In this document: positions 13,778 to 27,408 of the stretch, piece by piece | Position numbering within the stretch: the stretch's first letter is position 1 | How the letters are laid out: every line of letters starts with the position of its first letter | Made by a program: the position numbers and the translations under genes | DNA from: Malacoraja senta | Taxonomy: Eukaryota | DNA length: 64,000 nucleotides | NCBI GenBank assembly: GCA_038087875.1 | Contig: CM075989.1 | Coordinates: 21,392,001 to 21,456,000, forward strand | Reading direction: 5' to 3' | The notes under the pieces: model-generated | Told to the model about the DNA's origin: nothing | What the model saw: the letters and a program-made list of their open reading frames with translations, nothing else | Database searches by the model: none

Positions 13778-14557
13778 AGGGCCTGTCCCACTTAGGCGAC
13801 TTTTCAGCGGACTGCCTGCGATCTTCAAGCTCGAGGCACTCGCCTGAAAAAAACGCGAACTGGAACGGCGACCATCGGAGCTGAACACACACACACACAC
13901 AAACACATCGCAAAGGCGGGGGAGCGCTGTCTGAAATTCACACGGTGCAAAACCAAGGTGATACAGACACACACTGCGATGAGCAGGAAGGTTAAGACGG
14001 CTAGCACAGTGTACGGTAAGTCCTTTAAAAGAGCGGGGAGGGGGGAGGGGAGAAGGGGGGAGAAGGAGTGGAGACCCTTTTAAGAAGCCAGACAACTTTT
14101 AATAAGTCAGAGATACACAGCTGTGAAGTTTAGCGGGCATTTAACATTACTGGTCGGTTCTCCTTGCTTCTGAAAACTCCTGCTTACGTTTTTTTCCCCC
14201 CAATGAGCCAATGAAAATGCCCGGTCAGCAAAGGCGATTAACTAAAACTACCTACGACTTTCTCGACTACCTACAACTACATGGCGACCCCACTACAACT
14301 GCACCTACGACCACAAAAGTATCAATTTTCACCATGGTGACCAATTTTTGGTCGCAGAAAATTGTTCAACATCATGAAAAATTTGCTGCGCCCATACTGA
14401 AGCCGCGACCAGTTCCCAGAATGCGGGAACTCCTCTCGACCAAGAAGTAGACTCACCAGAGACCACCAGCGAACATGTGGCGACCATGTGGCGATCATGA
14501 GGCGAGCGCAGAGTCTCCTGCACTCGCCTGAAAAGTCGCCTAAGTGGGACAGGCCCC
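13778..14557. mobile_element. PIF/Harbinger-type MITE (780 bp) inside a V-SINE
   Basis: ~30-bp TIR gggcctgtcccacttaggcgac; flanks TAA/AAA. Confidence 0.8.
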
Positions 14558-15032
14558 AAATACTATCCTGCACACACGAGGGACAATTTTTACTGAAGAC
14601 AATGAATCTACAAACCTGCACATCTTTGGAATGTGGGAGGAAACTGGAGCACCCGGAGAAAAACCCACGTGGTCAGAGGGTGAATGTACAAACTCTGTAC
14701 AGACAGCACCCGTAGTCAGGATTAAACCCGGGTCTCTGGCGCTGTATGGCAGCAACTCTACCGCTGCGCCACCGTGCCGTCCCCATACTTAATCCTATTT
14801 TATTCACTCCAGGTTGTTATCAGCTCTCCCCGGATTCTGCCATTTACATTCAGGACAACTTTCAGTGGCATCAACGTGGATGCCTGTCGGATGTAGGAGG
14901 AAATCGAGGCATCCAGAAAGAAACCCACACAGTCACAGGGACCACACCTTACAGACAGAACCAGAGGTCAGGATGGAACCTGAGTACTGGGAACTGTGAG
15001 GCAATGGTTCTACTAGCTGCGTCACTGTGCTT

Positions 15033-15330
15033 CGGTGGCGCAGCGGTAGAGTTGCTGCTTTACAGCGAATGCAGCGCCAGAGACCCGGGTTTTGATCCCG
15101 ACTACGGGTGCTTGTCTGTACAGAGTTTGTGCGTTCTCCCCGTGACCTGCATGGGTTTTCTCCGAGATCTCCAGTTTCCTCCCACATTCCAAAGACGTAC
15201 AGGTTTGTAGGTTAATTGGCTTGGTATAAATGTAAAAATTGTCCCTAGTGTGTGCAGGATCGTGTTAATGTGCGGGGATCGCTGGTCGGCGTGGACCCGG
15301 TGCTGTATCTCTAAACTAAACTAAACTAAA
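15033..15330 (+). mobile_element. HE1-like V-SINE
   Basis: Same structure; head carries an extra cgaatgcag segment. Confidence 0.85.
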
Positions 15331-16011
15331 TTAATCTTAGTGCACATCAGGGGCCTTCTTCATATGATGATATTCCTAGTACGCAGCGCCCTCATGGTGG
15401 ATGGCTTCTCTACCTGCAACATACCGCTAAATGTTAATGACGTGAATGAACATTATATGAGATGGTTTCAATTGGCGGAGGGAGAGGTGGTAATGTATCT
15501 TGGGTATAGACACTCAATGTCGTCTTTCAAAACGAGTTGAATCAGAATGTCACACATTCATGATAAAACCACCATGCCAAGGGCCCCAAACATAGTTGAA
15601 GAAGGTCACAAAAAGCTGGAGCAACTCAGCAGGTCAAGCAGCATCTCTGGAGAACATGGATAGGTGACGTTTTGAGTCGGGACTGAAGAACTTGAAATGC
15701 CACCTATCTTTGTTCTGCAGAGATGCTGCCTGACCTGTTGCATTACTCCAGCTCTTTGTGTCCATTTGCGCAAACCAGCATCTGCAGTTCCTTGTTTCTA
15801 TAGTTGAGAAGCTCACAGCATCTGATAAAGTCAACAAATAGACCAACCCTATAACTGCAGTTATAGAAATACTCTTTCAAAGAAAGAAAACAGGGTGGTA
15901 GAACGGCAGGTAAATGAGTCATATTTTATAATGACCAACATGAGACTAATCCTCTAATCACGTGCTGTTAGTCTATAAAGATGTTCATACTCTTGTTCTG
16001 AAGTTTGGAAT

Positions 16012-16277
16012 TTATAGACACAGCACGGACACAGGCCTTTCGGCCGAACGACTCCGCACCGACCAGTGATCCCCGTATCCTACGCACACTAGGGACAATT
16101 TTTACCGAAGCCAATTAACCTACAAACCTGTACGTCTTTGGAGTGTGGGAGGAAACTGAAGATCTCGGAGAAAACCCACGCAGTCACGGGGAGAACGTGC
16201 AAACAGCACCCATGGCCCGAATCGAACCGGGGTCTCTAGCGCTGTAAGGCAGCAACTATACTACTGCGCCACCGTGT
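16012..16277 (-). mobile_element. HE1-like V-SINE
   Basis: Same structure. Confidence 0.8.
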
Positions 16278-17204
16278 CCCATATGTCACGTCACGGCACG
16301 TAATAATTTCATTATTAATGTAATGCGCATGACACTTTCAATGCCTTGTAACTGTATCTTTTGACTGCTGGCAGTCCAATTTCCCTCCGGATGAATAAAG
16401 TTGCATCGCATCGTATCGATACGACAATGTCCTGTACTTCCAACATTCATCTATTGTATATTGAAGTGTGAAAACGCACACCACCAGATTCGGGGTACAG
16501 TGTTTTCCCAGCTGTTATCAGGCAACTGAATCATCCTACCACAACCAGAGAGCTGAACTACTATCTACCCCTTTGATCTCCCTCGAACTATCCTTGATCT
16601 GACTTTGCTGGCCCTACCTCGCACTAAACATTATTCCCTTAACGTATCTATACACTGTAAATGGATTGATAGTAATCATGTATTGTCTTTCTGCTGACTG
16701 GTTAGCACGCAACAAAAAGCTTTTCACTGTTCCTCGGTACACGCGACAATAAACTAAACTAATTATATTAATTTCACCCCTGAAATATTCCAACAAAGAG
16801 ACAGACAATATCAACATTGCAGCTGTTCAAAATCATTGATCAAGCTGCAATGGCCATGTGCTAGCAAAGGCCTTGGCTATTTCTGAGGGGTCAGCAGGGA
16901 GTAACAAAAATCAGATTCATAGTATTAATAAAATAATGATTCATGGGTATGTGCAAAAATAAATCAGTTCACATTATTGCAATTGTACGATTAATGTTAT
17001 TATTGTGAACTAAATTGATTATTTCACAGTCATGATTGACCTCAAATTATGTTTCAGATCTTATCAACAAAATAAATCTTGGTTGAAATTGTATCTAATA
17101 AATGAAGCTGTAACCGGGCGTATACTTTATTGTGACACGTGCATTCAATATTTGAAAATGGTCAACATTTCCCACGGAATATTGCTCATTTCTGTAATGT
17201 CGTT

Positions 17205-17606
17205 AGTCAAGCCAAGTCAAGTCAAGTCACATTTATTTACATAACACATTTAAAAAACAACTCTCGTTGGCCAAAGTGCTTTACATTTGTATAAGAATAG
17301 TATAAACAAACAAACTACATACATATAGCCCTCGCTCAGAGGACGTCAAGAAAGGCTTGGGAGTACAGATGAGTTTTTAGTCTCGACTTAAAGGAGTCGC
17401 TGGAGGGGGCAGTTCTGATGGGAAAGGGGATGCTGTTCCACAGTCTAGGAGCTGCAACCGCAAAGGCGCGGTCGCCCCTGAACATATGCCTAGACTGCGG
17501 GATATTCAGCAACCCCAAATCGGCCGATCTGAGGGACCTGGAGGTGGAGTGGTGGGTGGGCAGACTTTTAATGTAGGTGGGGGCAAGCCCATTGAGGGCT
17601 TTGTAG
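17205..17606 (-). mobile_element. L2-clade LINE 3' fragment
   Basis: YKALNGLAPTYI...GDRAFAVAAPRLWNSIP...FKSRLKTHL C-terminus; (GACTT)n tail. Confidence 0.8.
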
Positions 17607-18071
17607 CATTGTTCCAGTTTCACCCACCTTGCACTATCCTGGCCTTTATATAGAATACCAACAGGTTCAATAAGAAGACTGCCCGCAGTGTTCATCATTC
17701 ATTATCTTTTCTCTTCCAATGACCTCTTAAAAAACAATGGACAAGTGGAAGATCAGAACACAGGTCGTTTAATTATTAGTAAATGGGTGGAAAAAATCTT
17801 TTTTTTACTTTCTGTGTCCGAAACGCTGCTACAGACCTCAAAGGCTAGGTTGTTTGAAAGATTAAAAGTAAACAATATGCTTTTAAGGGCATGCCACATC
17901 TTTCTTTATTACATAACATTGGAACAGATCTTGCGTGCTATCCTGAGACGGCAGAGTAAAATAGTTTTCGGCCATTTGAAGGTAGGATTGTTGAACATTT
18001 CTAAAAGCATGGTGAAACTGGGACGTAACTAAAGGCCAAACGAAGTAAAGTTGTCAAACAATTAAGATGCC

Positions 18072-18135
18072 TTCTTCTTCTTCATGCGTATGGCGTGCAC
18101 ATCCTAAAGTTGTAGGACAACTTGTTCTATTTGAT
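18072..18135 (-). mobile_element. 64-bp LINE 3' stub with (GAA)n tail
   Basis: 12-bp TSD aattaagatgcc at 18060-18071 and 18136-18147; longer relative on + at ~2190-2360. Confidence 0.7.
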
Positions 18136-18228
18136 AATTAAGATGCCGAAGTTTGTAGAAATGAGTACAAATATATCAAATGGATGATTAGTTTAAAGTT
18201 TAATATAAAAATAAAATCAGAAGCTTAA

Positions 18229-18641
18229 TGGGCCTGTCCCACTTAGGCTATTTTTTAGGCGACTTCAGGCGACTAGGCTGTCACCACATGGTCGCTGGGG
18301 TGTCGCCTGTATGGTCGTGAGTCGTCTCGTCAGTCGTAGCGTCTTTCTGGTCACCGCTGGATTTTCAACATGTTGAACATTTTTCAGAGGCAGTTGGCGA
18401 CAGTGGGTTTGACGCCAATGAGCGTAGCTTGACTTCTCCTGACGTAGGTGCTGTCGTAGTTGTCGCCAGGTTAACGTAGGTTGTCCCCGGTGCTGACTTC
18501 AGGGTTTTTTCCATTGTTAAAGTAATAATTCTATTTCAAATTTTACGTCGAAGGGGGTTCCAGTCACCGGTTTTTCGGCGACCTGCTACGACTATGACAG
18601 TCGCCGGCAGTCGCCTAAAAATAGCCTGTGGGACAGGCCCA
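18229..18641. mobile_element. PIF/Harbinger-type MITE (413 bp)
   Basis: Same TIR; flanks TAA/TTA. Confidence 0.8.
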
Positions 18642-21169
18642 TTACTGTTTCGAGTATTAGACAGTAAGATGACACATAAGCCATACTATCGGGTCTGATG
18701 AAGATAACATAAGATTACGAGAGGCAAAGATAAGGCAGACAGTCAGAAACATTGGTACAAGTGACAATAAAGTCAGCTCAACTAAACACTCCTTCTATGT
18801 TATCCCACTTTCGTATCCACTCCCTACACACCCAGGCCAATTTACAGAGGGTAATCAATCTACAAACCCGTATATTCTTTGGGATGTGGCAGCAAACCAG
18901 AGCAACCTATGTGAACATGGACAAATTCACACAGACAGCACCCGAGGTCAGGATTGAACCTGGGCCTTTGATGCTGTGAGGCAGACCCTCCACCAGCTCT
19001 GGAGGGAAACTTAATCCCTTATCACGTCATATAGAGTGATAGAGTCATAGAGTGATACAGTGTGGAAACAGGCCCTTCGACCCAACTCGCCCACACCGGC
19101 CAACAATGTCCCAGCTACACTAGTCCCACCTGCCTGCGCTTGGTCCATATCCTTCCAAACCTGTCCTATCCATGTACCTGTCCAACTGTTCCTTAAACGA
19201 TGGGATAGTCCCAGCCTCAACTACCAGTATCCGTACACTGCAGATGGCTCGATTGTAATCATGTATTGTCTTTCCGCTGACCGGTTAGCAAGCAAACAAA
19301 AGCTTTTCCCTGTACCTCGGTAGTAAAATAAACTGAACTGAACTGAGCTGTCACTGTGCAACTTTGGGCAACATTCAACTTTGGCCAAAAAAAGACACCA
19401 AATGCTGGAATAACTCAGTGGGTCTCTGGAGAACAGATCTGTCTGAAGGTGGGTCCTGACCCGAAACATCACCCATTCCTTCTCACCCGAGATGCTGCCT
19501 GTCCTGCTGAGTTACTCCAGCATGTTGTGTCTTTCTTTGGTAAACCAGCATCTGCAGTTCCTTGTTATTACAATCCAACTTTGGCCAGCTGGTAAGACTC
19601 ATAACATGCAATGGGCCAATGGCTATTTGCTGTTCGAAGAGTCTAAGTTGTCTCTTCCTTTCAACAAAAAATCTAACGTCAACAAATCCATTAACTTGCC
19701 CAGGGTGATCCACTCTCTTGTCCAGGGTACGTGAATCGAGGACCAGAGGACATAGGTTCAAGGTGAAGGGGAAAAGATTTAATAGGAATCTGAGGGGTGA
19801 ATTTTTCACACAAAGATTGGCGGGTGTATGGAACAAACTGCCAGAGGAGGTAGTTGAGGCAGGGACTATCCCAACGTTTAAGAAACAGTTAGACAGGTAC
19901 ATGGAAAGGACAGGGATATGGGCCAAACGCGGGCAGGTAGAACTAGGGTAGCTGGGACATGTTGGTCGGTGTGGGCAACGTGGGCCAAAGGTCCTGTTTC
20001 CACGTTCAATCACTCTATGACTCTATAACATCCTGCTGGTTTGGACTGACCAGAAACTAATCTGGACCCAGACATGATTTCACATGATCCAAAGCAACTG
20101 GGATTCCAGCCAAAGTTCCACAAGTATATGATTAGTTTTTCATCGAAACCTAAGACCCTTTACAACTTAAAATATTGCTGGCGACATCTGACGGATTTTC
20201 TAAAAACAATTCCCCTGCTAATTATTTTAATGCATGTTTATTTAAAAGCACATGCCCTGACGTTCTTTAAATGCTGAACATGTGAAAACATTTTCCCCAA
20301 TGCAATGCTCTTCCCAAGGGCCATCATAATTCGATGATTCTACGCCGTTTATGGGCCTGCAGTGACTTGCATTTCCTCAATCTATTGAGCCATTCCTGTT
20401 CTGTTCACATAATACAGCCATTGTAACTGTTAGACTTCAAAAGCCCATACTGTGATTTTTTTCTTGTTGTCGTTGCGATACCTAGTCATTTTTCCGATTT
20501 ATAGTAAAGCCTGGAAAGAGCATTTCCCCGAGATTGGTTCATTTGACGGCGGTGATATTTTTGGCCCGTGATTGTCAGTTACCACGCAGAGAGACCATGT
20601 TTAATGTGAACTCTTTACACTGTATTTGTTTAGTGAGATTTTGCCTTTTATATTGCAGTGAATTACATCTTCCCGAACCTGCTTTTTCAATTTAGTCGGA
20701 CAAGGGAGGGTCAAGTGTCCCACCTTTAAGGCATGTTTGTTTTTTGTTTTCTATTCAACCCAGAGAGTCTTGAGAAATAGGAAATATTCTCTATCCATGG
20801 ATAACCATTTAAAGCGTACAAGCTTTCTTGTAACATTACACTCACTGGTATTGAGTATCTAACTTGTCCAGTTTGACTTGCATCATTTACCTCCACTGCA
20901 ATCAATCTTAAGGGCCCGTGACTGAATAGCCAGTAATATTGCTTCCTGGTATTGAACCATTCATACTCTATGGGAAGCACCATTTTCAGAAGAGGTTTGA
21001 CATTTAATCAAAAGTCTTTTCGGGAGGCAGGTTGTCATGTAATGCCAATCAAACTTCACCTTCAAGAGATAGGGAAAGGCGACATACATTTTTATTTGCT
21101 TTGTATTGTAGAAAAAAACAGAATTGAGGATGTTTTCCTCTCAATCCGAAACATTGGAGAGCGAGAGGG

Positions 21170-22100
21170 GCCGTCATAGAGAGGGGGGGGGGGCTGTCAG
21201 AGAGAGTGGGGGGGGCTGTCAGAGAGAGTGGGGGCTGTCATAGAGAGGGGGGGGGGCTGTCAGAGAGAGTGGGGGGGTGTTGTCAGAGAGAGTGGGGGCT
21301 GTCATAGAGAGGGGGGCCTGTCATAGAGAGGGGGGGGGGTTGTCAGAGAGAGTGGGGGGGTGTTGTCAGAGAGAGTGGGGGCTGTCATAGAGAGGGGGAG
21401 CTGTCATAGAGAGGGGGGGTTGTCAGAGAGAGTGGGGGCTGTCATAGAGAGGGGGGGCTGTCATAGAGAGGGGGGGGTTGTCAGAGAGAGTGGGGGGGGT
21501 GTTGTCAGAGAGAGTGGGGGCTGTCATAGAGAGGGGGGCTGTCATAGAGAGGGGGGGGTTGTCAGAGAGAGTGGGGGGGTGTTGTCAGAGAGAGTGGGGG
21601 CTGTCATAGAGAGGGGGAGCTGTCATAGAGAGGGGGGGTTGTCAGAGAGAGTGGGGGGGTGTTGTCAGAGAGAGTGGGGGCTGTCATAGAGAGGGGGGGT
21701 TGTCATAGAGAGGGGGGGTTGTCAGAGAGAGTGGGGGCTGTCATAGAGAGGGGGGGCTGTCATAGAGAGGGGGGGGTTGTCAGAGAGAGTGGGGGCTGTC
21801 ATAGAGAGGGGGGGCTGTCATAGAGAGGGGGGGGTTGTCAGAGAGAGTGGGGGGGTGTTGTCAGAGAGAGTGGGGGCTGTCATAGAGAGGGGGGGGCTGT
21901 CAGAGAGAGTGGGGGGTGTTGTCAGAGAGAGCGGGGGCTGTCATAGAGAGGGGGGGCTGTCATAGAGAGGGTTGGGGGGGTCGTTAGAGAGAAGGGGGGC
22001 CGTCATTGAGAGGGGGGGAGCGTCAGAGAGAGTGGGGGTGTCGTCAGAAAGTGAGGGGGGGTTCATTATAGAGAGTGAAAGGGGCCATCAGAGAAAGTGG
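21170..22100. repeat. G-rich minisatellite (~18-21 bp units GTCAGAGAGAGTGGGGG / GTCATAGAGAGGGGGGG)
   Basis: Direct reading; degenerates toward the right end. Confidence 0.95.
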
Positions 22101-22812
22101 GTGGCTGTACAGACTCCGTACAGACAGCACCCAGACAGACAGCCAGGATCGAACCCTTGGCTCTGGGACTGCAAGGCGGTAAAACACGAAATACCGCTGC
22201 ACCACCGTGTCCCCCCGACACTGGTGTACATTTCAGTGCAACCGTTTTTCAGTGTTCGATCCATACAGGTACATAGCCGTCACCAGAAAAACATATCAAT
22301 CTGTGGAATTCATTGCCACAGAAGGCTGTGGAGGTCGAGTAAATGGATATTTTTTAAGGCAGAGATGCATAGATTCTTGATTAGTACGGGTGTCAGGGGT
22401 TATGGGGAGAAGGCAGGAGAATGGGGTTGGGAGGGAAAGATAAATCAGCCATGATTAAATGGCAGAGTAGACTTGATGGGCCGAATGGCCTAATTCTGCT
22501 CCTATCACTTTATGAACACGTGAATACAAAAGCATTTAAAAATGGCCTCACATAATGTCTATATTGACCCATTTAGAACAGAGAGCAGAAAAGTACAGCA
22601 TAGCAACAAGCCCTTTGGCCCACAATGTCTGTGTCAAACATAATGCCAAGACAAACTAATCTTAGCGGCCTCCATTCTCTCCATATTCATGTGCATATCT
22701 GAAAGCTTCTTAAATGCCACTATTATATCTGCCCTTACCACCACCCCTGGCAGTAAGTTACAGGCACTCACCACCCCAATGTGTAAAAAAATTGTCCCAC
22801 ACATCTCCTTTA

Positions 22813-23145
22813 AGGGCCTGTCTCAATTACGCGATTTTTTTCAGCGACTTGCCGGCACCCGTCACAGTCGCAGCAGGACGCCGAAAATTGTCAACATGTT
22901 GAAATTCCAGCGGCGACCAGAAAAAGGTACGACTCTTTGGGCGACTACTCACGACCATACGGGCGTCTCCCTGCGACATGTCGACACGTGACACCTGTAT
23001 GGTCGTGAGTAGACGCCCAAAGAGTCGTACCTTTTTCTGGTCGCCGCTGGAATTCCAACATGTTGAACATTTTCGGAGACCTGCTGCGACTATGACGGGT
23101 GCCGGCAAGTCACCGAAAAAAAATCGCGTAAGTGGGACAGGCCCT
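22813..23145. mobile_element. Almost fully palindromic Harbinger-type MITE (333 bp)
   Basis: Two inverted ~165-bp arms; flanks TTA/TTG; inserted in a CR1 fragment. Confidence 0.8.
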
Positions 23146-23574
23146 TTGAACTTTGCCCCTTTCACTTTAAAGCTGTTTAGCCTCTGACATTTCCACCTGA
23201 GGTTCCGACTGTCATTTGTTGAGAATAAAGAATTTTATATCTATTAATAATGAAGTGACCATATTTTGGGATGTTTGCACATTGTATTGATTCTGCCCTT
23301 GGTTGTGGGAACAAACACAAGGATTTATAATTCATTAAATTAAAACAAAAAAATAAAAAAAATAAACTAGGGGTCTCTGTTTCTCTTTGGATTGCAAATT
23401 TATATGACAGCATGTCATATCAGATACATAAGATTTTGCGAGATACAATATCCTGTGACATTTTGTTTCCAAAACTTGTTATTTAATTAAATATCCATTA
23501 AGCTTTTTTAAGAACTCACTGTAAATATACCGCAATGGCTGAGTGTCCAAGATTGGAGTGATTACTACAACACT

Positions 23575-24030
23575 CGGTGAGACCAAGCGCAAGCTTGGCG
23601 ATCGCTTCGCCCAACACCTCCGCTCGGTTCGCAGTAACCAACCTGATCTCCCGGTGGCTCAGCACTTCAACTCCCCCTCCCATTCTAAATCCGACCTTTC
23701 TGTCCTGGGCCTCCTCCATGGCCAGAGTGAGTCCCACCGCAAATTGGAGGAGCAGCACCTCATATTTCGCTTGGGTAGTTTACACCCCAGCGGTATGAAC
23801 ATTGACTTCTCCAATTTCAGGTAGTCCTTGCTTTCTCCCTCCTTCCCCTCCCCTTCCCAGCTCTCCCACTAGACTACTGTCTCCGCCTCTTCCTTTCTTC
23901 TTCCCCCCCACCCCCCACACCCCCACATCAGTCTGAAGAAGGGTCTCGACCCGAAATGTCATCTATTCCTTCGCTCCATAGATGCTGCCTAACCTGTTGA
24001 GTTTCTCCAGCATTTCTGTCTACCTTCGAC
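23575..24030 (+). mobile_element. Penelope-like element 3' fragment: GIY-YIG endonuclease C-terminus + hammerhead-bearing terminal repeat
   Basis: GETKRKLGDRFAQHL...VAQHFN...EQHLIFRLGSLHPSGMN, followed by ctgaagaagggtctcgacccgaaatgtc at 23933-23960. Confidence 0.85.
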
Positions 24031-24488
24031 ACTTACAATGTTTCCATAGTTACTGCAAAGAGTATGACTGGTAGAGTTACTCCAAGGAGTGTGCATGGTG
24101 TACGTGCGGCGTTGGCGTGAAGTCATTTAGCTTTGCACTAACCCTGTGGTAACAGTGCACAGGTTCTGCAACAGCTTCATCCCCCAGGCCATAAGACTAT
24201 TCAACTCACAATCAAACCAATGCAAAAAACTTTCTTATACATTGCCACTTTTAAAAACTTTCCTTTTTTAACTATGCACATGAAGCACTTTTTATGGACA
24301 CACTAAGCACTTTTACTGATCGCTGTTACTTTGAAGAGTCAATGCAACGAAATTTCGTTCAATGTGCACTTTGTCTATGTGTATACCTGAATGACAATTA
24401 AAGTTAATTCATTCATTCACATACAGTTTAAATGTGATTGTTTGGTGATCAAATAACCCTGGAGAAAGTAAGTGAGCCTGGAGAAAGT

Positions 24489-24580
24489 CTGAAGAAGGGT
24501 TTCGGCCCGAAACGTTACCTATTTCCTTCGCTCCATAGATGCTGCTGCACCCGCTGAGTTTCTCCAGCATTTTTGTGTAC
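24489..24580 (+). mobile_element. 92-nt solo hammerhead-bearing Penelope terminal module
   Basis: CUGAAGAAGGGU(UUCG)GCCCGAAACGUU core; TSD cctgKagaaagt at 24477-24488 and 24581-24592. Confidence 0.75.
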
Positions 24581-24661
24581 CCTGTAGAAAGTAATGTCTG
24601 CCCAACTTGCTTTGCAGTCAACCCATTCTTGACACCTGACTCACAACTTAAGGAAAGTACT

Positions 24662-24970
24662 GTTTAGTTTCAATTAGTTTAGAGATACAGCGCGGAAACA
24701 GGCCCTTCGGCCCACCGAGTCTGCACCGACCAGCGATCCCCGCACGTTAACACTACCCTACACGCGCTAGGGACAATTTACGATTTTACCAAGACAATTA
24801 ACCTACAAACCTGTACGTCTTTGGAGTGTGGGAGGAAACCGGAGCACCTGGAGAAAACCCACGCGGTCCCGGGGAGAACCTACAAACTCCGTACAGAGAG
24901 TACCCATAGTCAGGATCGAGCCTCTGGCGCTGCAAGGCAGCAACTCTACCGCTGCACCACCGTGCCGCCC
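24662..24970 (-). mobile_element. HE1-like V-SINE
   Basis: Same structure. Confidence 0.85.
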
Positions 24971-25515
24971 ACATTGGTTCCAAATCAGTAATCTCTTTCA
25001 CTAGAACTTATAATTTGATTGTGATAGAATCATTAGGGCATTACTGCCACTGATTGCAAATCTAATGTAACTTTCTCTGCACTGATCTATCTATTGAAGT
25101 AGAACATTTCCTATTTACTTGCTTTGTTTGGAGTTTCAGGATCAAATTCTAGCTCCAGTGGTTTGAACCATTCAGTCACTGCTCCATGCCACCTTTCATT
25201 CATTTGTTCTTTGTACCTTTGTATACCTCTAGTTTCCTTCTCCCCTGACTCTCAGTCTGAAGAAGGGTCTCGACCCGGAACGTCACCTATTCCTTTTCTC
25301 CAGAGATGCTGCCTGACCCGCTGAGTTACACCTGCATTTTGTGTCTATCTTCGGTGTAAACCAGCATCTGCAGTTCCTTCATACATATTGAAACGCAACT
25401 ACATCTCCAGCATCCTGTTTAACATGGTGTGTGATGAGGAAGACAGTTGAATACTTTTGCAACGGATAAAATTCTGCAAATGCAAATATTGATTCTTAAA
25501 AGCAGTCTGATGTCA

Positions 25516-25816
25516 TTTAGTTAGTTCAGAGATCGCGGAAACAGGCCCTTCGGCCCACCAACTCCGCGTCGACCAGCGATCCCCGCACACTAACGCTATC
25601 CTACACACACTAGGGACGATTTACAAAAATACCACGCCAATTGACGTACAAATCTTTTCGCATTTGGAGTGTGGGAGGAATCCGAAGGTCCCGGAGAAAA
25701 CCCACGCAGGTAACGGGGAGAACGTACAAACTCCGCACAGACAGCACCCGGAGTCAGGATCACACCCAGGCCTCTGGCGCTGTGAGGCAGTAGCTTTACC
25801 GCTGCGTCATCGTGCC
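25516..25816 (-). mobile_element. HE1-like V-SINE
   Basis: Same structure. Confidence 0.8.
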
Positions 25817-26727
25817 ATTTAAGTAGTTCACCCGTGCTATTGGTGCCTTATGAAGTATAGAATGCCCTAAAATTGCTCTGCACAATTTAACTCCACGCCA
25901 GTGACGGGGAAAATGGGATTGTCTCCAGTGAAGCGTGCAAAGAAAAATTGTGTTGATGAATGAAAGCAGAAACTATTGAGAGCAATACTGAAGAATGGCT
26001 TTATACACGATTTGAACAGAAATAATAATGTTATGGCTATGAAAGATGACGTTAACACTTAGGGAACACATTTCTAATAGATCATTTTTCTTTAAATTGG
26101 AGATCAAAAATCATTTTGGCAGCTCAAAATTGAATTTGCAGTAAAAGGATTGGCAGAGGATTGAAAAAACTATTTCATGGCTTGCCATTCAGTGAATTTA
26201 ATGGACATGCATGAATCTTCTTACTAACAAACATGAGTGACAACTAAAAGGTTTTGGAAATACCGCATGAAATGGTTCAGATTTCACTAATATTTGTGTG
26301 GTTGGAAAGCACATTTAAAATTGATGGCGACTTTTTTCATCCTCCGAAAAGAAAGCGTTTTGTTCTTTGATTTCTGAATGTCAAACTTGGCCGTGGATCC
26401 TGAGGTAATGGCGTTGTTGGGAGCTGCGTCGCTAATGGTTGATGCGTCTGATACGGAAGTTAAATCACCTGGACAGGTAGGGCAATCACACTCCATCTTA
26501 CTGGATTTGTTGTGCTATCGAAGCTATGAGAGTCGGAGGAAATGTTTCCAATCACCGTTAAATTTCTCCAGGTTCTCCGTAAAACCCGCAGGCCCGTGAC
26601 TTTCAAAGTTCTTTCCTGAAAGTAATGCGAGTGACAAAGATGTCCGTTTTTCCCGGAACACGATTTAAATTCATCCCGACCGCTCATGTGCTGTGGGGAT
26701 AGTTTTAAACAACAAGCATTGCAAGTT

Positions 26728-27003
26728 GGGCGGCACGGTGGCGCAGCGGTAGAGTTGCTGCCTTGCAGCGCAGGAGACCCAGATTCAATCCAGACTATGG
26801 GTTCTGTCTGTATGGAGTTTGTACGTTCTCTGTGATGGCGTGGGTTTTCTCCGGGTGCTCCGGTTTCCTTCCACACTCCAAAGACATGCGGGTTTGTAGG
26901 GTAATTGGCTTCTGTAAATTGTCCTCAATGTGTAGCATATGGGTGATCGTTGGTCAGCATGGATTCGGTGGGCTGAATGGCCTGTTTCCATGGTGTATCT
27001 CTA
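26728..27003 (+). mobile_element. HE1-like V-SINE
   Basis: Same structure. Confidence 0.8.
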
Positions 27004-27044
27004 ATAGTAAAATCTAAAGTGTTGTGGCAAGGCCAGCAGCATAA

Positions 27045-27408
27045 TGAAGAACGAGTCACACCCCCGACACTTCCTCTTCTCCCCTCTCCCATTGGGCAAA
27101 AGGTACAGAAGTGTGGAAAATGCACACCTGCAGATTCAGGGTCAGTTTCTGCCCAGCTGTTATCAAGCAACTGAACCGTCCTACCAACAACTAGAGGGCA
27201 GTCCTGAACTACTCTCTACCTCATTGGAGACCCTCGGGCTATCTTTGATCGGACTTTACTGGCTTTATCTTGCACTAAACGTTATACCCTTTATCATGTA
27301 TCTGTAAATTGTAAATGACTCGTTTGTAATCATGCATTGTCTTTCCGCTGACTGATTAGCATGCACCAAAAGCTTTTTGACTGTACCTCGGTACACGTGA
27401 CAATAAAC
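27045..27408 (+). mobile_element. Rex1-like 3' fragment (third family; also ~16455-16760, 28688-28820 on -, 38920-39925, 62690-62960)
   Basis: SHPRHFLFSPLPLGKRYRS motif; shared 3' UTR ending gtacacgtgacaataaact. Confidence 0.75.

Noticed and set aside
21360..22454. Repetitive ORFs (LSERVGAVIERGG...)
   Set aside because: Translations of the minisatellite plus SINE/CR1 sequence; no evidence of coding.
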